DNA of 64,000 nt from an uncultured Clostridium sp. (GCA_945931665.1 CAMEPL010000001.1:1249-65248), one strand, 5' to 3'; numbered from the stretch's first letter, positions 8,689 to 18,810 are shown. Translations and numbers: made by a program. The notes: a model not told the origin generated them from the letters alone.

Positions 8689-11600
8689 ATGCTTATGAAG
8701 GATTTTAGGGAAGTTTCTACTATGGAGTTGTTTTTTAAAGAAACTACAAAAATGGAACTTAAAATGCGAAAGTTTGAAGAACTATTCAAAAAGAATATGT
8801 TGAAATTAACATTAAAGGGGGATGATAAAAAGAGCGAAGATTTAGAGCAAGACGACGAAGTAAAGGCAAAGCAAAAAGTAAAGAACTTGGCATTTGCAGA
8901 TTTAAAGAAAGAGGCTGATGAAGGGGATGCAGAGGCCCAGTATAACTTAGCAAACTATTATCTGAGTTTTGAAAAAGATAAACTCAAGGGCATATCAAAG
9001 GCATTTACATGGTATAAGAAAGCATCTCAAAATGGTTCAAAAGAAGCACAATATAACCTCGCATGTTTGTACATAGATGGAATAGATATAGATTTGGATG
9101 AAGATGAGGAAGAAAAAGATGAACAAGGATTTCTATGGTTTAAAAAGTCAGCAGAGCAGGGATTTATAAAATCAAAATTTTGTCTGGCACTTTGTTATGA
9201 ACATGGAATTGGGGTAGAAGTAGACAAACAAAAATCATTTGAAATTATAAAATCACTTGAAAATGAAAAAAATAATTATCCAATTCAATATTGTTTGGGA
9301 GTATATTATGAAAATGGAATTGGAGTAGAGCAAGACAAGAAAAAAGCATTTGAATATTATAAAACTTGTGCTAATGGAGGTTATGATATAGCCCAGCTTA
9401 GAACAGCTATTTGCTTTGAATATGGAATCGGTGTAAAACAAGATTATAAAAAGGCATTTAATAGATATAAAAAAGCAGTTAGTAATGGCAACCAAGATGC
9501 AAAATATCTTATGGCTCATTGTTATGAGCTTGGAATAGGAACTAATGTAGACTATAAAAAGGCATTTTCAATATATGAAGAATTACAAGAAATAGATTAT
9601 AAAGATGGAATTTATAGATTGGCATATTGCTATGAGCATGGAATCGGGGTAGATGTCGATACAGAAAAGGCATTTAAATTGTATAATGACTTGGCACGTA
9701 TGGGCAATGAAGATGCGATGTTTTATTTAGCACAGTGTTATGAACTGGATAGAAAAAATGCTTCAAATAATGAAGAGGTCGTTGCAGATTTAGAGCAAAA
9801 TGAATTAGAAAAAAATATAGAAATATCAATAGATGAAACTAGTATAAATGATGCCGAAGTAAGTAATACAGATTTACTCCAACAAGATGATTTAGACGAT
9901 GAAATAATTTTTAGCAAAGATTTAGGGATTAATGTATTTTTAGAACAGACTATATTTAAACAAATCAAAGATAATAATCTAGAAAATGATTTGAAAAAAC
10001 TAGTTATAAAAATCGATAAATGCATGAGTTCATCAAATAAATCATTAAGTCTAAATAGTTTAGGTTTTAAGAAGTATGAAGGAATAAAAGATAACAACAT
10101 TTATGGATTTGATTTCAATAACAAAGTAAATGATAGTGATAGAATAATAGCATGCTTTATGAAAGATTATGCTAAAAAGAATGAATTTGACTTTGATAGA
10201 TATATAGACAATGAAAATGACGACAAAAAGGGGATTATATTATTTTCAATAGCAAAACATAATGATCAAGAAAAAGAAGCATTAAAAGTATCTAGAAGAA
10301 TAAATAATGACTTCTTTAAAGGAAATAAATTTAAAAGTTTAACTAGAAAAAAAGATTCAACATATAAAGAGATTGTGCAAGCACGATATGTTCAAAATAT
10401 AAATCAAGAAAATAATATGACATTTAGAACAGTTGATTTTAACGATAAGGAAATAATATATCAAGAAGTATTAACTAAGGAACAAGCCAAATATATAGAT
10501 ACATTTATTCAAAAATCGGAGCCATTCATATTATCAGGTATAGCTGGAAGTGGTAAGACATTATCAACAATAAATTTAATACCAGATATGGTAAAAAAAA
10601 TCAAAAACATGAACTCAAATAAAAAAATTCTGTATGTTACATTTTCAAACAACTTAAAAGAGTATGTGAAATCAAAAGTTATGGAAAACTACTATGAATT
10701 TAATGAATATATAGAGATAAGAACTTTTGTAGATATATGTACAGAAATAAATTATAAACACAACAATAAAAAAATAGATAGATCTAAGATTATAACTCAA
10801 AATTCTTATAATAAAAGTTTTACAAAATTCTTAGGATGGTTACAACAAACTTCTAGAGATGCAAATATTTTGAAATTTATAAATAGATATGAAAATGAAA
10901 AAAATATTATTTATAGCGAGATATTTGGAATACTAAAAGGTTCTATGTATGTCGACTGGGATAGAGAGGAGCCATATATAGTAAACTCAGAATACTATAT
11001 AAATAATAGTAAAAAAATAGTTGAAGATTATAAGATTTTTGTCCAAGAAGATAGAGAAATTCTATATTTAATAACAGAAAAATATAATCAATGGCTAGAT
11101 GAAAATGGCTACTATGATATAAATGATATAGCATTTGAACTACAAAACTTAATAAAAGAGAAATCCATAAACTATGAATATGTTGTAGTTGATGAAGTTC
11201 AGGATTTTACAGAAGTTCAAATATATATGTTGTTTTTACTAGCTAAGGAACAAGAAATATATGCAAAGAATAAAACAAGAAAAATACTACTAGCAGGTGA
11301 CCCAAATCAAATAATAAATCCAACATTCTTCAAAATAGGAAGGTTGACAAAATTATTTTATTTAAATGGATATCATTATGAAATTAAGCGCCTTAATGAG
11401 AATTTTAGAAATTCTATAAATATAATGAGGATGAACAATATTGTAAATGAAATAATAAACGATAAACTTCCAGCTAGAAAGGAAGAAGACCGACAATATG
11501 AAGTAACAAAAAACAACAAAACAGGTATAATAGAGCAAGTTGAAGCTACGGAGGAAAATTTAAAAATTATATTTGGTGAAATAGATGCCTCTGCAAAAGT

Positions 11601-12453
11601 TGCACTTATAGTATCCGATGATGAAAAGAAACAAGACTTAAGAGAAAAATACAACTGCAAAAATGCATTTACAATATCTGAGTTTAAGGGGAAAGAATTT
11701 GATAATATAATAGCTTATAACATATTATCTGACTATGCAGATATTTATGAAGAAGTTTATAAGAAAGAAATTTTAAAAGAAGGTCATTACAGCTATTACT
11801 TTAATAGATTTTATGTCTCTATAACAAGAGCAAATTATAATTTAGTCTTAATAGAAGAAAAAGAAACAGAAGTATTAAATGAGATTAAAGAAAAATTAGG
11901 CGATGACTTAAAATACATAAAGACTTTAACTCAATTTAAAGATTTAAATCTAGGCGAAGTAGTAGGAGATAGTATAGATTTATTTAAATTAGGTATGAAG
12001 TTCTTCTATGATGAAAGATATTCAGTAGCAAAGAATTATTTCATTAGAAGTGTAGAACCAAACTCAAATAGTTTAGCAAGACTATGTGATTTGTTTGAAG
12101 AAGACGGAAAATACGAAGAAAAAGGAGACAAGCTTTTTGAAATAGGTGAGTATAAATTAGCCCAAAATTACTACGAAAAATCATACCAATTTTCAAAATT
12201 TGCGATTATGTACTTATATATAGATGACTTGTCTTATGAAAAACAGTTAAGAGAGTTTTATAATAGTTTAGAAAAAGAAGGTATCAGATTTAGCGATTTA
12301 TTTGATGAGTATGCGTATAAGTTTGATAAATTAAATGATATCTTAAGAAATAAAATAATCAAGACAGAAAAATTAAAATCTGATATTCAACTAAAAATAG
12401 GGAATATAAATAAATTATTGGGAAATATAAATGCGAAGATGAATAGGAGATAG
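8689..12453 (+). CDS. Multidomain protein: SEL1 repeats, RelE/ParE-like domain, UvrD-type SF1 helicase, TPR and coiled coil
   Basis: About 8 SEL1 repeats (AQYNLA..Y, CYEHGIGV..D..KAF); helicase motifs GIAGSGKT, YVTFS, DEVQD, GDPNQ, NFRN, KGKEF, YVSITRA; the RelE-like call rests on pattern only. Confidence 0.85.
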   Translation: MLMKDFREVSTMELFFKETTKMELKMRKFEELFKKNMLKLTLKGDDKKSEDLEQDDEVKAKQKVKNLAFADLKKEADEGDAEAQYNLANYYLSFEKDKLKGISKAFTWYKKASQNGSKEAQYNLACLYIDGIDIDLDEDEEEKDEQGFLWFKKSAEQGFIKSKFCLALCYEHGIGVEVDKQKSFEIIKSLENEKNNYPIQYCLGVYYENGIGVEQDKKKAFEYYKTCANGGYDIAQLRTAICFEYGIGVKQDYKKAFNRYKKAVSNGNQDAKYLMAHCYELGIGTNVDYKKAFSIYEELQEIDYKDGIYRLAYCYEHGIGVDVDTEKAFKLYNDLARMGNEDAMFYLAQCYELDRKNASNNEEVVADLEQNELEKNIEISIDETSINDAEVSNTDLLQQDDLDDEIIFSKDLGINVFLEQTIFKQIKDNNLENDLKKLVIKIDKCMSSSNKSLSLNSLGFKKYEGIKDNNIYGFDFNNKVNDSDRIIACFMKDYAKKNEFDFDRYIDNENDDKKGIILFSIAKHNDQEKEALKVSRRINNDFFKGNKFKSLTRKKDSTYKEIVQARYVQNINQENNMTFRTVDFNDKEIIYQEVLTKEQAKYIDTFIQKSEPFILSGIAGSGKTLSTINLIPDMVKKIKNMNSNKKILYVTFSNNLKEYVKSKVMENYYEFNEYIEIRTFVDICTEINYKHNNKKIDRSKIITQNSYNKSFTKFLGWLQQTSRDANILKFINRYENEKNIIYSEIFGILKGSMYVDWDREEPYIVNSEYYINNSKKIVEDYKIFVQEDREILYLITEKYNQWLDENGYYDINDIAFELQNLIKEKSINYEYVVVDEVQDFTEVQIYMLFLLAKEQEIYAKNKTRKILLAGDPNQIINPTFFKIGRLTKLFYLNGYHYEIKRLNENFRNSINIMRMNNIVNEIINDKLPARKEEDRQYEVTKNNKTGIIEQVEATEENLKIIFGEIDASAKVALIVSDDEKKQDLREKYNCKNAFTISEFKGKEFDNIIAYNILSDYADIYEEVYKKEILKEGHYSYYFNRFYVSITRANYNLVLIEEKETEVLNEIKEKLGDDLKYIKTLTQFKDLNLGEVVGDSIDLFKLGMKFFYDERYSVAKNYFIRSVEPNSNSLARLCDLFEEDGKYEEKGDKLFEIGEYKLAQNYYEKSYQFSKFAIMYLYIDDLSYEKQLREFYNSLEKEGIRFSDLFDEYAYKFDKLNDILRNKIIKTEKLKSDIQLKIGNINKLLGNINAKMNRR

Positions 12454-12461
12454 GTGAGAGT

Positions 12462-13499
12462 ATGGCGAATAGTGAATTAAATACAAGGGGTATAGTAGAT
12501 TCAATAGATAAGTTTAATGAACATAGCGAGCAGATATGCACAACATTAAATGGTTTAGAGGGAAGCATAAATGAATTTAACAGGTCGATTTCCAAATTAG
12601 ATTCATTAAATCAGATTGATATGACGAAGCAGAAAATGAACGAACTAAATACATATAAAAATAAAGTATCGCAGATGGTGAATGGGCTTAAAAATATAGA
12701 TCAAGATTTAAGCAAGTTAGATGAACTTATCAAAACTATTGCTCAGTTCGCAGAAGAAATACATTCTGTAATGAAAAATAGCAATATGATAAGTTTTACT
12801 ACAGTATCAAAGAATGTAAGAGATTTAGATAAAAAGATAACTGCTTTTAATAAGAGAATAGATACATTTATAGAAAGCGAGCTATTAAAAAAGATGGATG
12901 CTCAATATGATGATATAATAGAGCATATTGACTCTGTATTAGAAAGACAACAAAAAATGATAGATGAAATAGACGAAAAGTTAGATCAAATATCTCCAGA
13001 AAATAATAAAAAGCAATCATCTTCAGAGGTAGGAAATATTGTTCTTGACTCAAAATTTGAAGGCAATATCGAAAATATAATCAAAAGTGTTATAAAGGAT
13101 GTGGTTAGTAAAAATGGGGCAACTATAAACTCAAAATCTTCAATTTACCATGGTTTTAGCACAAAAGTACTTCAAGTTTTATCTGAAGAAGGTGAGCTAG
13201 AAGCTAGCTACATTCTTGGGGATAGATATTATGAAGAAGGACAAGTTGATAAAGCCGTTTTAGAATACGAAAAGCTCGTTGATAATAACGACAACAGATG
13301 TGCAGAGAAGTTGATTAAAATATATAAACAAAAATCAGACGAAGAAAATCCCATATATCAAGAAAAACTAGGGTTTGAATTATATAGAGGAAAAATAATA
13401 GAAAAAGATATCGATAAAGCTATAGAATTATTGCAAAAGGCAGGGAAAAATGGAAGCATAAATAGTAAAAAATATTTAGAGCTTATAAATTTAAAATAG
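12462..13499 (+). CDS. Coiled-coil protein with C-terminal SEL1-like repeats
   Basis: Starts 8 nt after the helicase stop with RBS AGGTGA; about 180 aa heptad-rich helix, then ASYILGDRYY and LGFELYRGKIIEKDIDKAIELLQKAGKNG. Confidence 0.78.
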   Translation: MANSELNTRGIVDSIDKFNEHSEQICTTLNGLEGSINEFNRSISKLDSLNQIDMTKQKMNELNTYKNKVSQMVNGLKNIDQDLSKLDELIKTIAQFAEEIHSVMKNSNMISFTTVSKNVRDLDKKITAFNKRIDTFIESELLKKMDAQYDDIIEHIDSVLERQQKMIDEIDEKLDQISPENNKKQSSSEVGNIVLDSKFEGNIENIIKSVIKDVVSKNGATINSKSSIYHGFSTKVLQVLSEEGELEASYILGDRYYEEGQVDKAVLEYEKLVDNNDNRCAEKLIKIYKQKSDEENPIYQEKLGFELYRGKIIEKDIDKAIELLQKAGKNGSINSKKYLELINLK

Positions 13500-13520
13500 A
13501 TGATTTTAATAAATTTATTT

Positions 13521-13551
13521 AGAGGGTGAGAGATTTATTCATCCTCTTTTT
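13521..13551 (+). terminator. Terminator of the helicase operon
   Basis: AGAGGGTGA...TCATCCTCT followed by a T-run. Confidence 0.7.
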
Positions 13552-13786
13552 GATTTTAAATTATAATATTAATAAAATAGTTATTATCAAAAAAATCCAT
13601 ATAAAAATGATATTTTAATGATATAATTATTAGGAATATTTATCTAAAATGAGTTATTTGCAGTAAAAAATAGAAAATGACAGATATAAAAAGAATGAAA
13701 TTTCTTATAAAAGTCAAAATATATAACAAAGAAAAAATGCTGGCAAATGAATGAATTGACAACAAGTAAAATAAAGAGGTGATTTT

Positions 13787-15073
13787 GTGGAAGAAAAACT
13801 ACAAGAAAAGGCCGTTTTAGTGGGCTTAAATATAACAACTAATGTAAAAAAAATCGACGATATTGATATAAATGAATCTATGGAAGAACTTAAAGAGTTA
13901 GTAAAGGCTGCTGGAGCAGAAGTTTTAGCATCTGTAATTCAAAATAAACCAGCTAGAGATGCAGCTTATTTCATAGGAAAAGGTAAAGTCGAAGAAATAA
14001 GAGATTACTGTCATATGCTTGGTGCTACAATGATAGTATTTAACGACGAATTATCAGGGGCACACATGAGAAATATAGAAGATGTTACTGGACTAAAAGT
14101 AATCGATAGAACAGCTTTAATATTAGACATATTTGCACAAAGAGCATTAAGTAAAGAAGGTAAATTACAAGTTGAGCTTGCTCAGTTAAAATACAGACTA
14201 CCAAGGCTTTATGGAATGGGTGGACAAATGAGTAGAACTGGTGCTGGGATAGGTACTAGAGGTCCTGGTGAACAAAAGCTTGAAATAGATAAAAGACATA
14301 TCTTAAACAGAGCAGCCGACATCAGAAAAGAACTTAGAGAAGTAAAACAAAACAGAGAAACTCAAAGAGTTCAACGTTTAAAATCAAATATACCAATAGT
14401 TGCACTTGTTGGGTATACAAATGCAGGAAAATCGACGTTACTAAACGAATTAATAAAGACACATAAAGATTACGAAACAGAAAAAGAAGTTTTCGTAAAA
14501 GACATGCTATTTGCAACACTTGATGTAACTTTAAGAAAGGCTACTTTGCCAAATAAGAGAGATTTTCTAGTAGTAGATACAGTTGGATTCGTAAGTAAAC
14601 TACCACATGATTTAGTAGAAGCATTCAAAGCAACATTGGAAGAAGTTAAATATGCAGACTTAATACTACATGTTATAGATGCTACAAATAGTAGTTTTGA
14701 GCTACAAAAACAAACTACTGAATCAGTACTAAAAGAATTAGGTGCAGATGATAAGAAAACTATAATAGTTTACAACAAAATAGACAGACTAGAGCTAGAT
14801 ATTTATCCAAGAAATAGAGAAGACAGAATTTATATTTCTGCTAAAAAGGGTATAAATATGGATATCCTTCTAAAAATGATAGAAAATGCTTTAATGGAAG
14901 ACACTTATCAAGTTAAATTATTACTTCCATATGACAAAGGTAATATATTCAGCAAAATAAAAGAAAAATACAACGTAGATTATTTTGAATATGTTGAAAA
15001 TGGAACACAACTTGAAGTAAGTTTAGATGAAGAAGATTATAATGTATATAAACAATATATAGTAGAGGAATAA
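13787..15073 (+). CDS. hflX: GTPase HflX
   Basis: GIGTRGPGE, VGYTNAGKSTL, LFATLD, DTVGF, NKID. Confidence 0.97.
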   Translation: MEEKLQEKAVLVGLNITTNVKKIDDIDINESMEELKELVKAAGAEVLASVIQNKPARDAAYFIGKGKVEEIRDYCHMLGATMIVFNDELSGAHMRNIEDVTGLKVIDRTALILDIFAQRALSKEGKLQVELAQLKYRLPRLYGMGGQMSRTGAGIGTRGPGEQKLEIDKRHILNRAADIRKELREVKQNRETQRVQRLKSNIPIVALVGYTNAGKSTLLNELIKTHKDYETEKEVFVKDMLFATLDVTLRKATLPNKRDFLVVDTVGFVSKLPHDLVEAFKATLEEVKYADLILHVIDATNSSFELQKQTTESVLKELGADDKKTIIVYNKIDRLELDIYPRNREDRIYISAKKGINMDILLKMIENALMEDTYQVKLLLPYDKGNIFSKIKEKYNVDYFEYVENGTQLEVSLDEEDYNVYKQYIVEE

Positions 15074-15075
15074 AG

Positions 15076-15765
15076 ATGGACATAAGTTGGAGCAATATCG
15101 ATAATTTAGATGATTACTTTATTACATATCTTCTTTATAATGAATCAAAAACAGTGTCTCAAATTAGTAAAATCAGAAATATACCAGTTGCAGAGGTAAA
15201 TGATCATCTAATCAAAGCAAAATTAGAGATAAAATCTGCAAATAAACAAAAAGTAGAATCTTCAAAAGATATATTGGATAAATTTTTAGAATTAGGAAAA
15301 GACTCGCGACTTGAATTTATAGAAGAGTTAAGTCTAGATAAAGAAAAAGAATTAAACTTTAAAAGAGAACTATATAAAAGAATACTGAAGGAACAAAATG
15401 CAGATGATTTAATTGTCTTAATTTGGGCAACGGGAGAGTTTAGGGATGAAAGATTTTTAAAAATACTTCACCCTCTTACAAACCACAGACATTCAGATAT
15501 AAGAAGAATAACTTATTCAGCTATTAGAAAAATATCTTCTCCAAAGAGCAAATTAGTCTTGGAAAAGGGATTATATGACTCAAATCCACAAACTAGACAA
15601 TATTGTGCAAAAGCTTTGGCGAAAGTAGGAGACGATAAGACAGTCGAGATTTTGCAACGACTTATAGACAGAAAAAAAATCAATGAAAAAGAATATGTCA
15701 TCAGGGCATATAATGAAGCTATTTTGGCTTTGAAATATCTAACGGCAGGGGGAGAGGCACTATGA
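15076..15765 (+). CDS. HTH + HEAT-repeat protein
   Basis: N-terminal HTH_40-like TYLLYNESKTVSQISKIRN; HEAT repeats (DIRRITYSAIRKI, PQTRQYCAKALAKVG). Confidence 0.75.
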   Translation: MDISWSNIDNLDDYFITYLLYNESKTVSQISKIRNIPVAEVNDHLIKAKLEIKSANKQKVESSKDILDKFLELGKDSRLEFIEELSLDKEKELNFKRELYKRILKEQNADDLIVLIWATGEFRDERFLKILHPLTNHRHSDIRRITYSAIRKISSPKSKLVLEKGLYDSNPQTRQYCAKALAKVGDDKTVEILQRLIDRKKINEKEYVIRAYNEAILALKYLTAGGEAL

Positions 15766-16406
15766 AGACGTATAAAACATTACATGGCTTTGGAACAGAT
15801 GAGTACATAGTAGAAAAATCTACTTTTATAGGCTATGCAAAACCTATAAAATCTGAAGAAGAAGCGGTTGAATTTATAAACGAAATAAAAAAGAAGCATA
15901 AAGATGCGACTCATAATGTTTGGGCATATACTGTTGGTGAAACTATGAATATTCAACGTTATAGCGACGATGGAGAACCACAGGGAACAGCAGGAATCCC
16001 TACATTAGAAGTTATAAAAAAAGAAGACCTAAGAGATGTAGTAGTTGTTGTAACTAGATATTTCGGAGGCATTAAATTAGGAGCAGGTGGACTTGTTAGA
16101 GCATATACAAAAGGTGCAAAAGTTGGTATTGAAGCAGCTCAAATTATCCAAAAGGTAAAATACAAAGAAATTAGTATAAATATAGACTATAACCAAATAG
16201 GCAAAGTCCAAAATGAGATAATGAACATGGGTTACACAGTAAAAGACACTTTATACACTGATAAAGTTGAAATAATAGTTTACTCTAGAGAAGAGGAAAC
16301 AGATTCACTTAAGTCTAAAATGATAGATATAACTAGTGGAACTGCAGAAATAGGTGAAAGCGAAGCATTTTATCTATCTGAAAAAGAAGGCAAAATTATT
16401 TTTTAG
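15762..16406 (+). CDS. yigZ: YigZ/IMPACT family protein
   Basis: ATHNVWAY, SDDGEPQGTAG, VVTRYFGGIKLGAGGLVRAY. Confidence 0.95.
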   Translation: MKTYKTLHGFGTDEYIVEKSTFIGYAKPIKSEEEAVEFINEIKKKHKDATHNVWAYTVGETMNIQRYSDDGEPQGTAGIPTLEVIKKEDLRDVVVVVTRYFGGIKLGAGGLVRAYTKGAKVGIEAAQIIQKVKYKEISINIDYNQIGKVQNEIMNMGYTVKDTLYTDKVEIIVYSREEETDSLKSKMIDITSGTAEIGESEAFYLSEKEGKIIF

Positions 16407-16449
16407 ATAGGGGTTATTTAACAATAGATATATCGAGGGGGAAGTCATA

Positions 16450-18021
16450 ATGGAAAGTGAAAAAAACAAAATAACAAGACAAATAGGAATCTCTCTAGCT
16501 ATAATAGGTATTTTATTTTTAGCTATAGTAATTTTGAATTTATCAAAAAACGAAGAGATAATCATATTCAGCTTTATGTATGGCTTTATGCTTTTTATGG
16601 TATTTAGTTTATTTAAATTATCAAAATCAAGTAATGTAGATGTAAACAATACTATTGAAACTTTAAATAAATTACAAAAAGACTTAGAAAGACAAAATTT
16701 CATACAAGATATGTTAAATCACGCCAATATGGAATTTGAAATAAATGAAAAAATGGCTTATATAAATAGAATTATTGAAAAATACTCTGACAGTGCCGAT
16801 GGTTATTACTATCGTGGAGAGTTTTATATTAAATTCGATAAATTTTATTCAGCCATAAGGGATTTTGAAAAAACGATAGAATTGGATAAAAACTATAAAG
16901 AAGCATATAGGGGTAAAGGTGTTTGTTATAGTAGACTAGGAGACAATGAATTAGCAATAAAAAATTATGAAAAAGCATTGCAAATAGATCCAAAATACGA
17001 AGTAGTTTATTATAATTTAGGTGTAACTTACAGCAATTTAAAAGAATATGACAAAGCTATGGAAAGTTACACAAAGGCATTAGAAATAGACGAAAATGAT
17101 GTAAGTGCTTATTATAATAGAGGAAGAATTTTAGCTTATCTAGGAAGATATAAAGAAGCGTTAAAAGATTTTACAAATGCTATAAATCTTGAAAAATATG
17201 ACGAAAGAATAGTCTATGAAAGAGCAGGACTTTATTACTTAATGAAACAATATAAAAATGCGCTACTAGACTATAAGACATTTGTAAACTTAGCTCCACA
17301 TATGAAAGAAGGTTATTTGGGAATGGCAGATTGTTATTGTCAAATGAACCAAATTAACAACGCAATTGAATATTACAATAAATCTATAGAATTAGACCCA
17401 GAATACGAAGAAAGTTACTTCAATCGTTCAGTAGCTTACTTAAAACAAGATAATTTACGCAAGGCTATAAAAGATTTGGACAAGGTTATAATATTAAATC
17501 CTAAAAATGGAGAAGCATATTACAACAGAGCGCTTGCTTATGGACAAATGGAAAACCACACAAAAGTAATACGTGATTTCTCAAAGGCGATAAAAATGGG
17601 CTATAAAGTAGGAAAATCTTATTGCAACAGAGGAAAAGAATACTCTATAACAGGTAACTTTAAAAAGGCAAAAGATGATTATACAAGATCTATAGAACAT
17701 GGTTATGAAAGTTATATTGTTTATATGGGAAGAGGAGCAGCAAACCTAGATTTAGAAGAATATAACGAAGCAATACTAGACTTTAATAAAGCTATTGAAC
17801 TTGATAAAAGTCAATTTAAAAATTATTACTATAGAGGATTAGCTTATTATAATCTTAAACAATATAAAGAAGCAATAGACGACTTTACTGTGGCAATAGA
17901 AGGAGATCCATCTGATATAAGAGCTTATGAAAAACGTGGCGATGCATATTGTCAAATAGGTGACTATGACAATGCAATAAAAGACTTCTTTATGATAAGT
18001 AGATTAGAAGAAAAGAGTTAA
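16450..18021 (+). CDS. Membrane-anchored tetratricopeptide repeat protein
   Basis: Two N-terminal TM helices followed by about 12 TPRs (AYYNRG...A..DF..AI.L). Confidence 0.88.
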   Translation: MESEKNKITRQIGISLAIIGILFLAIVILNLSKNEEIIIFSFMYGFMLFMVFSLFKLSKSSNVDVNNTIETLNKLQKDLERQNFIQDMLNHANMEFEINEKMAYINRIIEKYSDSADGYYYRGEFYIKFDKFYSAIRDFEKTIELDKNYKEAYRGKGVCYSRLGDNELAIKNYEKALQIDPKYEVVYYNLGVTYSNLKEYDKAMESYTKALEIDENDVSAYYNRGRILAYLGRYKEALKDFTNAINLEKYDERIVYERAGLYYLMKQYKNALLDYKTFVNLAPHMKEGYLGMADCYCQMNQINNAIEYYNKSIELDPEYEESYFNRSVAYLKQDNLRKAIKDLDKVIILNPKNGEAYYNRALAYGQMENHTKVIRDFSKAIKMGYKVGKSYCNRGKEYSITGNFKKAKDDYTRSIEHGYESYIVYMGRGAANLDLEEYNEAILDFNKAIELDKSQFKNYYYRGLAYYNLKQYKEAIDDFTVAIEGDPSDIRAYEKRGDAYCQIGDYDNAIKDFFMISRLEEKS

Positions 18022-18025
18022 AATA

Positions 18026-18069
18026 AAAAGCCTAAAACTATGAAATTTAAATAGTTTTAGGCTTTATTT
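18026..18069. terminator. Bidirectional terminator
   Basis: AAAAGCCTAAAACTAT...ATAGTTTTAGGCTTT between convergent genes. Confidence 0.8.
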
Positions 18070-18435
18070 TTTCTGTTTATCTTTATGCATATATCCTTTT
18101 TGAATTTCAAAAATTCCTATAATCAATAAAAATACTCCAAAACATTTTCTTAAAATATTAGATGATAGATATTCTGCTAATGTAGAGCCAAAAAAAGCCC
18201 CCACTATACCGAATAATACTATTGGAAGTACTAATTCAAAATCTACATTTTTCTTTCTTATATGTATGCATAGTGCAGCTATTGTCATAGGAATAGATGA
18301 TAGTAAGTTAATGCTTTGGGCAAGTTTTGGGTCAATACTTGCAAATAATATTAAGGCAGGGATTAGTATTGTTCCGCCACCCATTCCCATTCCGCCGATT
18401 ATCCCAGCGAAAAATCCTATTATTCCAATTAACAT
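18064..18435 (-). CDS. TauE/SafE sulfite exporter family, half-size
   Basis: GIIGGMGMGGGTILIP, AQSINL; 4 TM. Confidence 0.88.
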   Translation of the reverse strand: MLIGIIGFFAGIIGGMGMGGGTILIPALILFASIDPKLAQSINLLSSIPMTIAALCIHIRKKNVDFELVLPIVLFGIVGAFFGSTLAEYLSSNILRKCFGVFLLIIGIFEIQKGYMHKDKQKK

Positions 18436-18447
18436 AATTTCCTCCTA

Positions 18448-18810
18448 TTAATAAAAAATCATCCTAACTGCGGATATTATCATAACTATTCCGAAGGCTA
18501 TTCTCAAGAACTTTCCTGTTACTTTGCTGAGTAATTTTGCTCCGACTATGCCGCCAATTATACTTCCTATAGCAGCTTGAAATGTTAATTTAACATCGTA
18601 AGTACCTTTAGAAATATAGATTACAGAACTCGTCGTAGTTAAAAATATTATTACAGCTAAGGCTGTAGCGTGTGATTTATGTTCTTCTACTTTTAAAATA
18701 TTGTTTAAGATAGGGACTAAAAGAGTGCCACCGCCGGAACCAAATAGTCCATTAATAAAACCTGTAAAAGCTCCAATTATAGAGTTTTTTATACTAAATG
18801 GATTTTTCAT
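18448..18810 (-). CDS. TauE/SafE sulfite exporter family, half-size
   Basis: GFINGLFGSGGGTLLVP, KSHATALAVI; 4 TM. Confidence 0.88.
   Translation of the reverse strand: MKNPFSIKNSIIGAFTGFINGLFGSGGGTLLVPILNNILKVEEHKSHATALAVIIFLTTTSSVIYISKGTYDVKLTFQAAIGSIIGGIVGAKLLSKVTGKFLRIAFGIVMIISAVRMIFY

Noticed and set aside
9180-9740. About 108-bp periodic similarity (GGAAT.GG.GTAGA...AAAGCATTT) as a CRISPR or DNA repeat array
   Set aside because: It is the coding signature of 36-aa SEL1 repeats within an open frame; there are no identical repeats with unique spacers and no cas genes.
13677-13754. 25-codon ORF (MTDIKRMK...) upstream of hflX as an attenuation leader peptide
   Set aside because: No RBS and no terminator/antiterminator structure; short ORFs arise by chance in AT-rich DNA.
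18064-18810. Split TauE as a broken gene
   Set aside because: Each half has its own RBS and start and a complete 4-TM repeat; paired half-size TauE genes are normal in Firmicutes.
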